Source: Raillietiella orientalis (Eukaryota). Taken from it: 64,000 nucleotides of DNA. The stretch spans positions 868,001 to 932,000 of the forward strand of contig JAYWIR010000036.1 in NCBI GenBank assembly GCA_036172245.1, read 5' to 3'. Positions 37,713 through 51,002 of this stretch are shown here, piece after piece. How positions within the stretch are numbered: position 1 is the stretch's first letter; each line of letters opens with the position of its first letter. The notes beneath the pieces are model-generated. The model did no database searches and was not told where the DNA came from. It saw only the letters and a program-made list of their open reading frames with translations. The translations under genes were made by a program, and so were the position numbers.

Positions 37713-40700
37713 GTTTTCCAGATGGTGCTAAAGATATGTTTATGATTGTAAATTAATACAATTTCGATATGCATTTGAAACACTTGTGGTGATTGATGTT
37801 TCGGGGGGAAAAAAATTTTTTTTTTTTGCGTTGAAAATCGTTTACTGTTTGGAAATCCACTCGAACAAACGATGTCATCCTCAGTCTCCCGGACCTTTTG
37901 TTTTTCCCAGCAACATTTAATATCTTACTTTAAATTATGCATTTTTCCGCAGTACTCAGGCCGATTCTTGAAGATGCTTCATAGATAATTCTTATTTGCT
38001 ATAATAATAATAATAATAAAATCAGGATGCGACCGCAATATCAGCCAAGTTTACGCCCACCGCAGATTTTTTCCTGCACGAGTGAATCGTTGGTTGCGGT
38101 GATGTTCATACATCACAAACCTTTTCCACACGACACGTGGTGCGTACGCGAAGGACATAACGTTCGTTTAGTTCTGGTCGTACCCTCGCGAAACTCCACG
38201 CTGCGGCGAATGGCGCCACGCAGAAGTGCCAAAGTCACCGCCATTCGTACAAAGTGGATGCGATGTGGATTTGTCATGGCACAAACGTACCGAGCACTTT
38301 TTGTACTTTTGACCCATAAAGTTCAAGCAAAGCAAGACGGAGAGTTTCAGGCATTAGCTTCAGAAGATTTTTAAATTATATACTGCATCCTTTCAACAGC
38401 ATTCATTTCGAAATTTCATACATATCACATATTGAGGTCTTGCAAAAAACAAAAAAAAGACTAAGACATTACATTTTTCTTGAGTAGGCGGTACGAGCAT
38501 CTATAGCACTCTAATACTGCAAGTGTTATGATTAACCAATTGCACATTTAGTACACTTTCATGAACAGCGTCACAGTAAAAATTAAACGTAGTGGCTATT
38601 ACATACCTATTGCCCCTGTTGGAATCGGATTTCTCGTAGAATTTCTTTGTTAGTCTCGTTTTAAGAGATGATTCACGTCAGTGGCTTGCAACGTATACGC
38701 TCATCGTAACCCGGTTGCATGTTCGGAGTCTTTACGAAGTGAGAGAAAGCGATCTAAAACCCTCATACTTTGCTATCAGAAATCAATGGGAAAAGGATGC
38801 CCTTCTGATCTGGTTCTTGAAGGCTCGAAAACTGACACAGCCGAAAATAACCTTCGTCTTGCACTATGTGTTTTTTAAAGAAACAATTATATAGCACTTT
38901 TGTGAGTTTCGGGACGATTATATCCCTCAAGCGCCAGAAGTTTTATGCTAGCCCGCAGCATTAGCACACAAGATTTTCCAGCCTCATTTTTTTTGGAAGC
39001 ATAAGCAACAGATTATCGTTGTCAGAGTTGCATTCTCACGAATATGTTCAGAGGATGTTCAGCAGCTAAAGTGCAATGTCACCTTTCCGTGTCTTGTGGT
39101 ATAATGATTTTTGCTTAGTGGATGCATCTAAACCAAGCCTTGTTAGAGGTCAACATAAAATAAAGAAAATTATTTGTTTCATTTATTCATCACAATGGGT
39201 TCTTTTAAAACCCTTTCTGTAGTCTCTGCTGCTCGAACATGTTCATGCTCTCGTCCTTTTTGCTGACATTTTCAGTAGCAGTGGCAGCAGAATTCGCAAG
39301 ACATGCAGTGGAACATATGCATTTAGTGAGCAACACGCAATAGCTCATGGAATCTGAAGGGACAGTGGGCTTAAGCTAGGGCACACCTTTGAGATAAGCA
39401 AAGTTCATTGAGTAGACCCTCTGCCTATTTTGCCTGGAAAACAATTTCAGATTCAGATAGCTTGAAAACACTCTCTCGAAAGTTATCCAGAAACAGAAAT
39501 ATTCGTGAGCATGGATTAAGAGGAGAAGACTGTAACCGAACCAACTAATATTGTCCTATGTGACCCTCTTCAAATAAGAATTGGTCATCTTCTGCAGGTG
39601 CCTTCTGTTTCTGTTCACGTTTTACATTTTATCAATTCCGCTTTTTAGGTAATAGAACGAATTTCATACTACATTGCCATTTTGTGGAGTTTTTCGTTTT
39701 CAGACAAATGCACTTTAATCTCCAATGCTGTTTATTTATGTCTGATTTTCTTTATTTCCCGCTGCTGATAACCATTTTTGATTTTCCCATTACGCTGCTG
39801 TGATGGAAACTAAAAATCCGTGATGCTTGGTATCGGACATTATTTGCAAGATATTTTCTAATTGGCTAGATGGACAGTATACACGACTGTAATCGGTAGC
39901 ACCTGGAAAAAAGCAAAATTGTAGGTTAATGAGAAAGAATGTGTTTAGTGTTCTAGAAAGAAAATACAGCACAGTTGATTTTTGAAGTTTACCTGCTTTA
40001 GGGACCTTATCGGTAAGCAAAATTGGATGATTGGCTTCCGCGGAACATGGTGAGAAACGGAAGGATCGACTTCAATTCAGAGTACTCAGCCACTGAACGA
40101 ATGAAAAAAGGCTGAGGAAACAAAACGATGGGGATTTTTTTCTTCAAAACGTGGGATGAGAACTGTAAGTAGAAGTTCTGAGATACCTAAGTATTTATCG
40201 ACTCCGCAGTGGGTAACCATGCATTGAATGTACTTGAAAAGTAACTCCAATAATAAATTGGTCAGTGAAGTAGTGACATCAAATACAGAGATAATAAAGA
40301 TTAATAAGGGGTACTGAACCAATACCATAGTGAGAGTCAGGTGCGCTGTTTCGAGATATATGCTGTCTGATACTTGAAAGGATGGCATCCACGCAGACGT
40401 CATTCAGAAGGGGAACACTTATTTCCAAAATGAAAGAAGCTTGTTACAAAGAGACCGATTTCCGTACAGCACGAAAAACGTGCATATAAAAGAAAAACGG
40501 ATTTGACTCGTCCTGTAGCTCATCACAAAGGGTGCTTTAGGGAGTTAAGGAAACACTTCCAAGTCCTTATAAGGAAGATGTAAGCTGCCGTGGAGATTTC
40601 GATCAGGAGCAAGCATCTCTGCAACTTGCAACGCATCCCTCGCATCATGTAGGATTCAACCCGATTTCGTTTTCACGCCTGCACGATCGAGTTTTGGGTA

Positions 40701-41824
40701 ACGTAATTCCAAAAGTGCACCAGCCGGGGATGAACAAGGGACGGATATTATGTGTGATTACACACACACACATTGCCAAATACTGCGCAAAGCAGACTGA
40801 GGAGCTGAGCGGTTCTCGAAAAGTGTAGCACCGGCTGACATAATCCGAAATGCCAGGCAACCGCATGACGGGTACAAACCATCACAAGGAGGCACAAGAG
40901 CTCGAGAAACGCAGCTTCCAGTAAAGCGGAAAGAAGAGGCTTTCAAGGAGGGGGGGGGGAAGACGGCGGCGGGCGGAACCACATCCCCTTCGTGAGAACT
41001 TGGAGAAATGCACGAAGGATATGTACATATATATATATGCCTGCCATGAAGGAAGAAAAACCCTTGATAACTCGTCACCCATAAAGTATTGGGCATCTAT
41101 AATTTCTGACATTTCCAGTTTGTGAAACGTAGCAGAAAGAATTCCGATTTTGAGGCTGCGGGTAGCGCTGTCTTTTCGCAACAGGTCCGTTGAGGGTAAC
41201 CAGAACGGGGGAACGGAAATTTTCGTTCGGGAGGGGGAGGGGAGGGGGGAACAGACATGATGATGAGACTCCATGACACACTTCTCAGGGGCCGCGCTTG
41301 GCTGGAGCTCGGAACGGAATGAAGGGATTCATTAAACGAACTTGACTTGGCCGAACATGTTTTATTGCTTCTCATTCACGTCCACACAAACAATGCACTG
41401 AGTTTTCTAAAAGAATCTTAGTCCTGAAATAATGCTGCACCATCCTTTGACAAACTTTTACGAAATTATCATTCCATGATGTCTCACAGTTTTAAATGCA
41501 TTTACTCAAATGGCTATTATAAAAATAATCTATAGTAACTACACTTTTATAAACAGCAAACATTTCTGCGACAGTGAATTTCCGAGATACACGAAACAAA
41601 AATGAATACAAGCCAGATTTTATTTGAACAAAAACGATGCAAACTGTTTTAAAAACTGATAAATACTCATTTGCTGGCAGTTGAAAAAAGAATATTCCAC
41701 ACAGGGGTGAATGCAGATTGTCCACGTTTATTGCAGAATTCATAAAAATCTAGACAGGAAGAAACATGATCTCAAGCAACTACTTGAAATCAAACAATAA
41801 GCAAGGTGGCCAGAATCCACTGAC

Positions 41825-44025
41825 TTAATGGTACCCTAGGCAAAACAACCTGCAGCTAATCTGCACAAGATCTTCATGGAACACTTTCTTCTCTGTCAAA
41901 TGCACTCAAATGAGACCCTGGTTAGTAAGTACTGAATGTATGGTGACGAGGAATATTTGGGATAAGGTAGTATTCTGACTTACCAGCCAATGACTCACTG
42001 GCAAAATAACGTACATCAAAATCCTGATCGCTGCACATCTTATCAATGACAGGCCGCACTTGATTTGTCAGAGCATTGGCATCCAGGTGGGATGCTACCT
42101 TTTCTAGTGTGTGACACACGTTGAACCTGACATTTGGGATCTCATCATTGGCCATCTTTAGTACAAGAGGCAGCAAATGCTTGGTGGCAAACTCCTGATT
42201 GGACACTTCAGCCAACTGTGTGATGAGGTTGCAGAAGGCAATACGTTCCAGATACTTGTCAGACTTAGTCATTTTCATAACATATGGGATAACTCGGGCC
42301 TTGACCCAGTCATTTCCAAATTTGACAGCCAACATACGCAAGGTGTATGCTGCTGCTTCCCGAATAGCATGAACTGAAGCACCAAATAGATGACATATTA
42401 TTTTCTCCACTTTACTAACCCAAATCTACCATGGCTTTCAGACAAATATCCAGCAATTTCTCATTGAATACTTTTTCCCCCAACTGATCAGCCAATAAAG
42501 GCATGTATTCAATGATGGCCAGACGCACCCTCCATTTAGGGTCACTAGACAGAGTGGTGATTGCTGGCAATAATGATTCTGACAATTGCTGGATTCCAAT
42601 CACTTGATTGATACAGTCCAAGTTTGAGATTATGTTGAGACGTACATCAGGATATTCATCTTGAAGTTGCTGCAAAAACAATGGGAGAAGATAGTCTACT
42701 GTGTTGGCTTCTCCCAGAAGTGGGCTCAGGCCCATTATGACTGAGGCTAAAGCAGTTTTGACATGCTGATTAACATCAGATACCAATTCTTTCACACAAG
42801 GAAGAATTAGATTCATAATGATATCTTCCCTTATGGCAGGATCCAGCTGGGAGCAGAAGTCCTTCAACTACATGAAAGTTGCAAATGAACCACAACAATA
42901 AGGTAACCTTATGAACAGCTGCTGCCCTAACTTCAGCTTCTGGATCTTTCAGTAAGGTGCAAAATACAGGAATCAGATCTGTTTTGGTGATTTCTGGCCC
43001 CAAGGCTTTTTGAATCTGAAAATTCATGTTAGACAAAACCAGTTAAGAAGCACAGTAAGACAGACCTCAGTAAACTTATCTGCAACCATATACTTGACAC
43101 GCCATGACTTGTCTTCCATGTTCTGTCTCAGAATGGGCATAAGTAGATATTCTGTGTCTGCATGTGAAAGCAATGAGGCGATAGCAGCACAAGCTTCTAC
43201 TGCTAGCAGGCGGACCGAGTCTTGATCATCTTGTGCCAAGCTGACATACATAGGCACCAGATCAGACTTTACATATTCCAATTCCACAACACGAGCAAAT
43301 TCTCCCAGCTTGCCTGCCACAGCTCGCCTTACCATTGGTGTGTCATCTTGACCAAAACTTCGAAAACTGGTGCGTAATTCAGCTAAAAAAGCACATCCTC
43401 TGTGGTTCAGCTCACTGCATTACCTTTGATGGCTGGTGACAAACGCTGGTACACCATGCTATACAAACTACATGCTGAGATGCGTGATGTAAACCAATCG
43501 CCACACCCTAACCGTTTCAGCATTGGAACAAAATGTGTTTCCAGATCTGCAGGACTGAGCTGTTCCAAAATAATACGGAGAGACTGAACAGCCTTTTCTC
43601 TGACAACTGTTTCTTCCACAGTGGACAGGGATTCCAAAGGAGGCTGAAAATAAATGTAAAATAAGCAGCATGCTTGCTTTGGAGGAAAACTCACCAATAA
43701 GACATGGGAGTATTGTGGTCCTCCAACTAGTGGGATAAATCTTCCTAGTTCTTCTGCCAAGGCTAAAAGCACTTCATCTTCATCATACATGGTATCTGTC
43801 AGGAAAGGAATAAGCTCTGATCGTGTACGTTCCACTCCCAAAGCAAGAGCTATGGTGGACAATTTCTTGATTGAATTTAGTCGCAACTATTAAAAAGTAA
43901 ACATGTATATATATACCAATGAGAAAATCTGGAAACAATACCTGAACATCTTCATTCCTTAGTTCATCAATCAATACAGCAATGGGATAAAGAGAATCAT
44001 CGGAAGTCTGTTCCACAGCAGCCAT
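41825..44025 (-). CDS. PPP2R1A: PP2A 65 kDa scaffold subunit A (HEAT repeats), ~587-590 aa. Exons 44025-43942, 43886-43695, 43643-43424, 43382-43066, 43015-42908, 42867-42420, 42373-41984, plus a short terminal exon near 41860-41825 (acceptor ambiguous)
   Basis: [57 protein letters not shown] ... [10 protein letters not shown] ... [14 protein letters not shown] ... [16 protein letters not shown] ... NVRFNV ... [13 protein letters not shown]. All introns GT-AG. Confidence 0.97.
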
Positions 44026-44796
44026 GACCATTCTTTAATTCTTATTTAACTGTTTAATATACTCTCTAAATTAACGAATTAACTTTTGAAAATGCAATCT
44101 ATAGTTCTATGCAGTCCCACCATAGGGGATATTTTGATAAGAAAAAAATAGCTCCTGAATTTAACGTGTCAAAAATCGAGATGCAGTGTGCATTCTTGCT
44201 GCTGGTACTTGAACACCAAGAAACAAAATGTAATCTAAATTACATAAAATCTCTTCAAACCTTATTTGAAATTTTCGGATGATTATTGGGTTTAAACACA
44301 CTCACTGACATACAAATTCAGCAGGAGAACATACAAGATAACCTACTATGAGATAAGGGATGCTATAAGATTCAATTCGTTTGACTAGGGAAGCAAAATT
44401 CAAACACAAATCAACACAACACGAAAATTGCTTTTGCCATTGGTGCAAACGCGGACATTTCCAAACTTAACTTCACATTCAAATCGGTTACGTTACTTTT
44501 AATACGAGGTTTGGATTCGAAAACATACATCGTGATTTTTTTTTTTTTTTTTTTCAGGAAAACGCATCCATCGGATGTGAGCAGGGCTAGTTTTTAAAAA
44601 AGACTCTGCACTACCACAAAGCTGCTTGGTTTATACTGGCACCCGACTTGCAACACCCTACGTCGACATTTACTGCAGGTTTGCTTAGCACACGATCTAC
44701 AGCCCACGGACGGGAAGAAGAATCAGTTAACCTTTGAGACGGTTCCTGCGTTTCCGTTCACTCTGGCAAAGGCAAGCCGAACAATGCCACACGGAC

Positions 44797-44830
44797 CACC
44801 ACCGCCACCACCACCACCACCACCACCACC
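44797..44830. repeat. (CCA)n microsatellite
   Basis: Near-perfect CCA run read directly from the sequence. Confidence 0.85.
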
Positions 44831-46237
44831 ACACCTCACCGTTGCAAACAAACAAAACACTGGCTTTGCAAATGGCTTGAAACCAAACACGGGGGAGGGG
44901 GGGGGGGAGAGCATCAGCAAAGCCTGCACCACGGCAGGGTGTCAACGGCAGCTCGGATGCAAACAGAGCAAAAAGCATCACTGTCAGCTGCAGTGCAGCA
45001 TCACTTCCATCATCCTCTGCAAGACGGGGCATGCAGCCAGCCTGCGAGATGCACGCGCCGAGCCACTGTGCAAATCCCTCGGCTCAATTAACCAGTCCGG
45101 CAGCAGCCAGCAATTCATTAATCAGGAATAAGCACGTAACATGCTACGATCTCTAATCGGTCCATGCCCCCCCCCCCCCCTCTCCCGCCAAGCACATCAT
45201 TAGGAGTTTCATCAGTTTCCAAGGGGTGTTGTGGGTGCCTCGCCGAGCGCGGTACGCAGCAGAGGTAGGAGAAACATCCGAGTCGTCCTTCAGGAGGGCT
45301 ACCACTTCTTTGACATTTAGCGTGTCCTGCAGCTCGGTGCACGAGGACACAACGCTCACAGCACCGAAACTTTGCATCCTTCAGCACGGATCACTTGCCG
45401 GGACGATGTACGAAAGGAACGGAAACGAAAACCTCGAAAGTCCTCTGTGAGAACGCACAAACACACACACACACACAAAAAAAAAAAAACCTTTGTTTTG
45501 AAATTACTTCCCGAATAGCAGATTCATCGTGATCGCAATGCATGATCGGATTAGTAGTTCAAATGCATGTTTTGAAAATCGGCATAAGGACTTTTGTGTG
45601 CAATATGACTTTTTTTTTTCTTTCCTGTTTTCAAATAACGGACTCGGCATGTGTGTAAGTGGGGGATTTGGAACAGAGCAAACAAAACTTGTAAACGAAT
45701 AACAAGTGGATGGGATGGAAGGGGAGGGGGGGGGAATGAAGGAATTTACTTTCCTAAAATCGACTGTGGAAGAGAATCCAGAAACGGACGTGTTTCATCT
45801 ACGTAAGCAAAAGACAGCAGAACGACAGATCATGAGACGCATCATAAATACAAAGGGAGAGAGCTTCAGAAATTTCAGAGTGAAGAGCACTCGGAGGAAC
45901 TTGTACATTCAGCCTTTGCTGCTTAGACATTTCCGAGTTCTGAGGCTGAGCATCCCTAACTACTTATTCAACATTTATTAAGCCCGTTTGTCTTAGCAAC
46001 ATGATTCTATGGCTGCTGCCCCCGGACTAGCTGTTCGAATCAAATCAAAATTGCTTCTGCTGAAAATTGTTCCTTGAATACAAACTCAGCTCTAAAGATC
46101 GAAACGGATGCAGTTCCAGATTCCAGCCTCCACACGGATTCCCAATTTCACATAATCAAAGTCATAGTTGAATCTTTGGGAGGGGGCGAAGAGTGTGCGA
46201 AGATACTACCTGAATCACTTGAGAATGAAATGAATGA

Positions 46238-46279
46238 AAATGCAAATCAGCAGACATAAATGTGTGCTGATTTGCATTT
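46238..46279. repeat. 20-bp inverted repeat (1 mismatch, 2-nt loop)
   Basis: AAATGCAAATCAGCAGACAT aa ATGTGTGCTGATTTGCATTT. Confidence 0.85.
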
Positions 46280-46389
46280 AGCAGCTTACTGATTGAAGAA
46301 ACAGTTCTCTAAACATTTGGTATTATTGAGATAATTTTCAGATGATCAAAATAAACAAACAAACAAATAAAGAGCTCCTTCACATGAAC

Positions 46390-46480
46390 AAGAAACAAAG
46401 GTTCCCACCTCCTATTCTATGGATGTCAATTTTCTATAAGATGCCATCCATAGAATAATAACTGGGAGCCTTTGTTTCTT
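46390..46480 (+). repeat. ~43-bp imperfect stem-loop
   Basis: AAGAAACAAAGGTTCCCA..TATTCTATGGATG pairs with CATCCATAGAATA..TGGGAGCCTTTGTTTCTT. Confidence 0.85.
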
Positions 46481-48924
46481 ATTTAACATGTCATCATCGG
46501 GTCCCTTGTCAAGCGAAAGGCATAACGGCTCGGTTTTAAAAATAGGAACTGTTTCTAACAAGGAAGATGTTTGCTAGTAAGTAATTACAATAGTAGCAGG
46601 CACCTCCCAATTTATTTATTGTTCAAGTAGATATTCTATTCGTTTCTTAAGAAGTTACACTCAGACCACAAAGCCTCACCAGTATTACATGACCGCAAAC
46701 CCGATCACATACATTAAACGCATGAAATAGAAATCGTGAATAGTCACATAAGAAATGTCTAGAAGAATCGTTTGCAGGGCATGCAGAAGATACATAACTT
46801 TCATAGCATTCAGTTCAGGTAAGGATCATAAGAGCACCATTTCGATTGCAAAGCATGCTCGGCTTCGATCCAAAAATCCAGGAACAGCAATAAGGAAAGG
46901 AGCCAAATGTTTGCTGTAGTAAAAGCTGAAAAGACTGGAATTTCCGAATTAGAATGCAAATGGCCTTCAAGCTCCTGTTCAAAAACGCAAAATCAGAAAT
47001 GCAGAAAATGCAAAAAGTCATCACTGAAAACCGTCTTCCAGACAACTGTGTGGCCAAGACATCTCTGCAGCTACGTAAATCACGACATGCTACGAAGCCT
47101 ACGTAAAAATAACAACACGTAAAGAAAAATGAAAGCCAAAATGTAGAGGAAAAAAATGCAATCTTTCAAAAGACCAAGGTTCTTTCTGTAGTCTCACTAG
47201 CTGGATCGGTTATCAAAACATTCACATTTCTCTAAGTGTAGGTTCAAGTCAGTATGCACTAGTAAAACCAAGAAGCTGTTAGAACTAGTAAAGACCAATA
47301 AAAAAGGGAAAAAAAGCACCATTTTAAAAGACTTCCTATGAAAGGTGCTTCTAGGAGCATGGTTCAAATGACTTGGAGAGGACAACAACTCAGCCCGAGC
47401 CGGCATCCGGGTGTGGCATCACCGAGTTCTTTCAGGCAGACCCAGGGTGACCCTGCAGCGCTCTCAAGTCTTTCCTGAAAAGACTCTGCGCCCGGGTCTT
47501 CACCAAATGCGGGGACGGGCAAGCGAAAAAGCAGGATACGGAGGTTGGGGTGACGGAAGTGTTCCAGGTGGGCCATGAGTGGAGGTTTCGGCGAAGAGAA
47601 AGCAGAACCTCCTCGTTTTCCTCACGGGTTCGGTCCCTTCTCTTGCTCTTTCTTTCTCCAGGAACCTTTTCTTTTCTTCCTCCCAGAGAGTCGGAGCGCG
47701 CATCCCTCGTGTGCGTGGCTCGCTCGAGGCGATGCTCACCGGATGACGCGTTTTCCTCGGGGAATCGAGTGCGCCGCGCGAAACTGCTGGCTGAATGAGA
47801 GAACCCTGCATCCGAAACACTGGCACCCCTGGCAAGACGCGCCTGGCGTTCCCCTCTGATCGGAAGGCCCGTTCGGGCGGGGCACGCTCGCGCGCGAAGC
47901 GCCTTCGCCTAATGGCTACGGGGGCCTTGCCTGTTCCTTCGCAGTAAACACGCAGATAAACAAACACCCCAGTTGAAGGACCAGCCCCTACTTGATGAGA
48001 AGAAAGCGTGGGGGTCCGTTTCTTGGTTTGCCAAGTGCTAAGGAACCGTCCGCCTCCTAACGGGGGGCTCAAGGAGCTCTCCTTTAACGCTGTCCAAGCC
48101 ACCATAGGGTGCACATATTATTCCAGTAAGAGGGTAACCCCGAGAGGGCCACCCCATGAATCCAGGAGGAGGTCCGGAAGAAGGAGTCCGTTCCTCTCTT
48201 GCCCTTGGTAGAGAAACCCAAAGGGAACCCACCGCCATGGTTGTCTGTGGAGGGAACTCCGAAGGGAACCACATCTTCCTTGTTCTCTCCGAAGGGATCC
48301 CCCGGTCTGTGGCAGCCGCTCCTCGTTTCTTTTCCGAAGGGAACCCGGAAAAGGATCCGCGCTCTCGGAATTTTTTCTCCGCAGGGATCCATCCAGGGAG
48401 TCACTCCCTGTTTCTTCATCTGGAGAGAACCCCCAAGGGAGGAAGACGACTTCTTGACGCTCTGAAGAGGCAATCCCCCGAAAAAGGGTATCAACCAGCT
48501 CTGTGGTACGCGACCGAGGGTACCGCCAGGGGAGGGGGGAAGGTTCCATCTTCACAACCGGAAGGGAACGGGTCCCTGATTCCTGAAAGGGCCCTGGAAG
48601 AATCCCGGCCACCAACGGAGGCATCTGATTTACGTCTTCCATCCGAAGCCATCCTGGTGGGTGAGGGGGTGGGGAGACTCGACGATCCATGACGAAGATG
48701 TACCTCCTGTTCTCAACGTCAATCCTTTCCTGGGCGGGATTTGAACCCGCGACGCTCAGTGCCGCAAAGGCAGCCGCAGCCGCACGGCCGCCAACGCAGG
48801 CAGCCCTACCCTCGGAGGAAGGTCTAAGCCTACGGAAAAGGAGGCAGCAAGCACTCAAAAAGGGGGAGGGAGGGACGAAAACGAAACAAGAGGTACCTGG
48901 CGGGAAGGGTCTCCAGGAACACGC

Positions 48925-48994
48925 GGTGGAACCGTTGGCGTGCTCCTCGACAGAGCAGAGAACGCCGCCATGCAGGCGGGAAAGCCAAGGAACG
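48925..48994 (+). repeat. 70-bp exact direct repeat, copy 1 (copy 2 at 50645-50714)
   Basis: GGTGGAACCGTTGGCGTGCTCCTCGACAGAGCAGAGAACGCCGCCATGCAGGCGGGAAAGCCAAGGAACG is identical at both positions. Confidence 0.9.
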
Positions 48995-50310
48995 GCCCTA
49001 AGAGACCTAGCGCAGAGGGATCATTGTCGTGCTTCGCCGCCTCGACTCCTCTGGGGATGAGCATTGGCTTCTCGCGCCACGGAAACGACCGAGGGAATGG
49101 CGCCCCTAGAGTGCTGCCAGGATGCCGCGGGCGACGAGAAGTGCGCCGTGGCTGCGGGCTGTTCTTGGAGGATGAGGAAAGCCCCGAGGAGGCGGTCCGG
49201 ACGCCGCCGCCATCGCGAGACTCTTGCCATGCAGCTCCCCCTCTGTCCCTTCCGGCTCCGGCGTCTGCAGCCCCTCGCCCGTGGGGGAGGGGGGATCTCG
49301 GCGCGACAGCCGGGGGCTTGGGGACGGGCTGCCTCTCGGCTTCCCTGGGCGCCTCCTTGTCTTCGGCAGGGACCCTCCCCGGCCGTCCTCCTCCTCGCAC
49401 GTGCCCACGTACTGTTGACCTTCCTCCTCCGCCTCCGCTCCGCGCTGGATCATGTGGGTCAGCAAGGTATCTGACCTCGGGGAGAAGCCGAGAGGTTCTG
49501 GCCGTGGTCAGCCGTCGGAAGCTCGGCTGCTTCTCCAACCTCGCCCGAGATCAGTATCCTCTCGGATGGGGCGGGTGGACTGCGCACCCGCATTTCGGTC
49601 CCCCGCGTTCCGCCTCGTAGATCAGGGAGCTGATGAGGGTGCGGAGGTCAAAGGGCAAGGGGGGAGGAAGAAGTCTCTCTCACCTCGGGCCGGGTTTAAC
49701 GAGGGTGGCTCGCCGTTCGGGAGAGAAGGTCCCACGCCTTTTCAAGAAGGGTCGCGCCCATCCGGTAGTTCCGGTACAGGAACGCGAGGCCTCAAGTAGG
49801 GAGTCAAATCCACCACGACCTCCCGGTCCGCCGGAGTTCCGCCGCCTCGAGTGGGGGCGGAAGGGGAGTATCGGAGACGTAGGCAGCGAGAAAGAGAAGG
49901 TGGTGGAAGGAGGTCAGCCGCTGGGGCCCGTATCGCCCTCTGCCGAGCCCCGCTCAATGCGGCAGGCAACCCTCCTGACATCGCTGTCCAGATGATACCC
50001 CTCTCGAGATCTTTCCCGGGAACATTCCCCTTACCTTCTCCTTTTTTCTTTTTAAGCACGTGGAGGGTGGGAGGAAAGCGGGTTTCGAAGACGCGGGCAT
50101 GGGATGGGCACGAGGGTCTCCAGGGCGACCGCAGAGCTACCCCTTTCGGCGATCTTTGCTCGAGGAAGACTCGGGCGGAGCGCTTGGTTCCTCTATGTGG
50201 CGATGGGTCGCAAATGCCTCGTGGGGGAGGGGCTCACGCGGACGTCGTTGAAGGCACTTCTCCGTTCTTTGGACTTGATTCGAAGCGGCCTGCATCGCTG
50301 GCCCTGGCCA

Positions 50311-51002
50311 AGAGTGTGTGGCGAAAGCTCGAGTGGATGCTACCGCCTCAGCAGCCGCGGGGCTGTTCCTTCGGATTCGTCCCTCTCCGCCGGAGAGTTT
50401 TCTCAGATCCGCCGCCGGCGTCCGGCTGGCTCACTTGCAGGGAAAGAGCGGCTGCTGGTGCTCTTTGAGGCCTAGGGGGTTTCAAACGAGAGGGGACCCC
50501 CATACTCGGTCGCTGGCAGGTGGTGCGCGCGACAGGTCGCTGTCGCCGCCTGCATCGCTGGCCCTCCCCACTGTGAGGTTACCGGGAGGAAAGAGAAGTT
50601 TCCTCCCCCTCATTCCTCTCCTTCTGAGTATCGTAGGGAGAGCAGGTGGAACCGTTGGCGTGCTCCTCGACAGAGCAGAGAACGCCGCCATGCAGGCGGG
50701 AAAGCCAAGGAACGCGGGCGCATGCCCAGTTCGGAGAGGCCTTGCCAAGCTGCCGCATGGTTGTGCTCTTTGCACCCCCCAGCGCGCCGCTTCCGGAGCT
50801 GGAACGAGGGTTTTTTTTTTTTTTTGCGTGTTGTCCTTATTCTATTCTGAAGTGCCTTCGCACTTTGTGGCAGAAGAGTGTGTGGCGAAAACTCTAGCGA
50901 ATGCGACCTCCTGAGCAGCCGCAGGACTGCTCCTTCGGATTCGTCGCGCTCCGCCGGAGTTCTCTCGGATCCGCCGCCGGCGTCCGGCTGGCTCCCTTGC
51001 AG
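50311..51002 (+). repeat. Diverged ~130-bp direct duplication (50311-50440 and 50875-51002)
   Basis: Both copies read AGAGTGTGTGGCGAAA...CAGCCGC...CCTTCGGATTCGTC...CTCCGCCGGAG...GATCCGCCGCCGGCGTCCGGCTGGCTC.CTTGCAG. Confidence 0.85.
50645..50714 (+). repeat. 70-bp exact direct repeat, copy 2
   Basis: Identical to 48925-48994. Confidence 0.9.

Noticed and set aside
44723..45450. Minus-strand ORFs upstream of PP2A-A as a separate gene
   Set aside because: An acceptor-like site is present, but no consistent exon chain or recognisable protein could be built; left unannotated.
47364..47576. HLEHFRHP resembling the end of a PBZ zinc finger
   Set aside because: The required upstream CxYGxxCYR cysteines are absent.
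48925..51002. CRISPR-like array
   Set aside because: Only two copies per repeat, irregular spacing, eukaryotic context and no cas genes.
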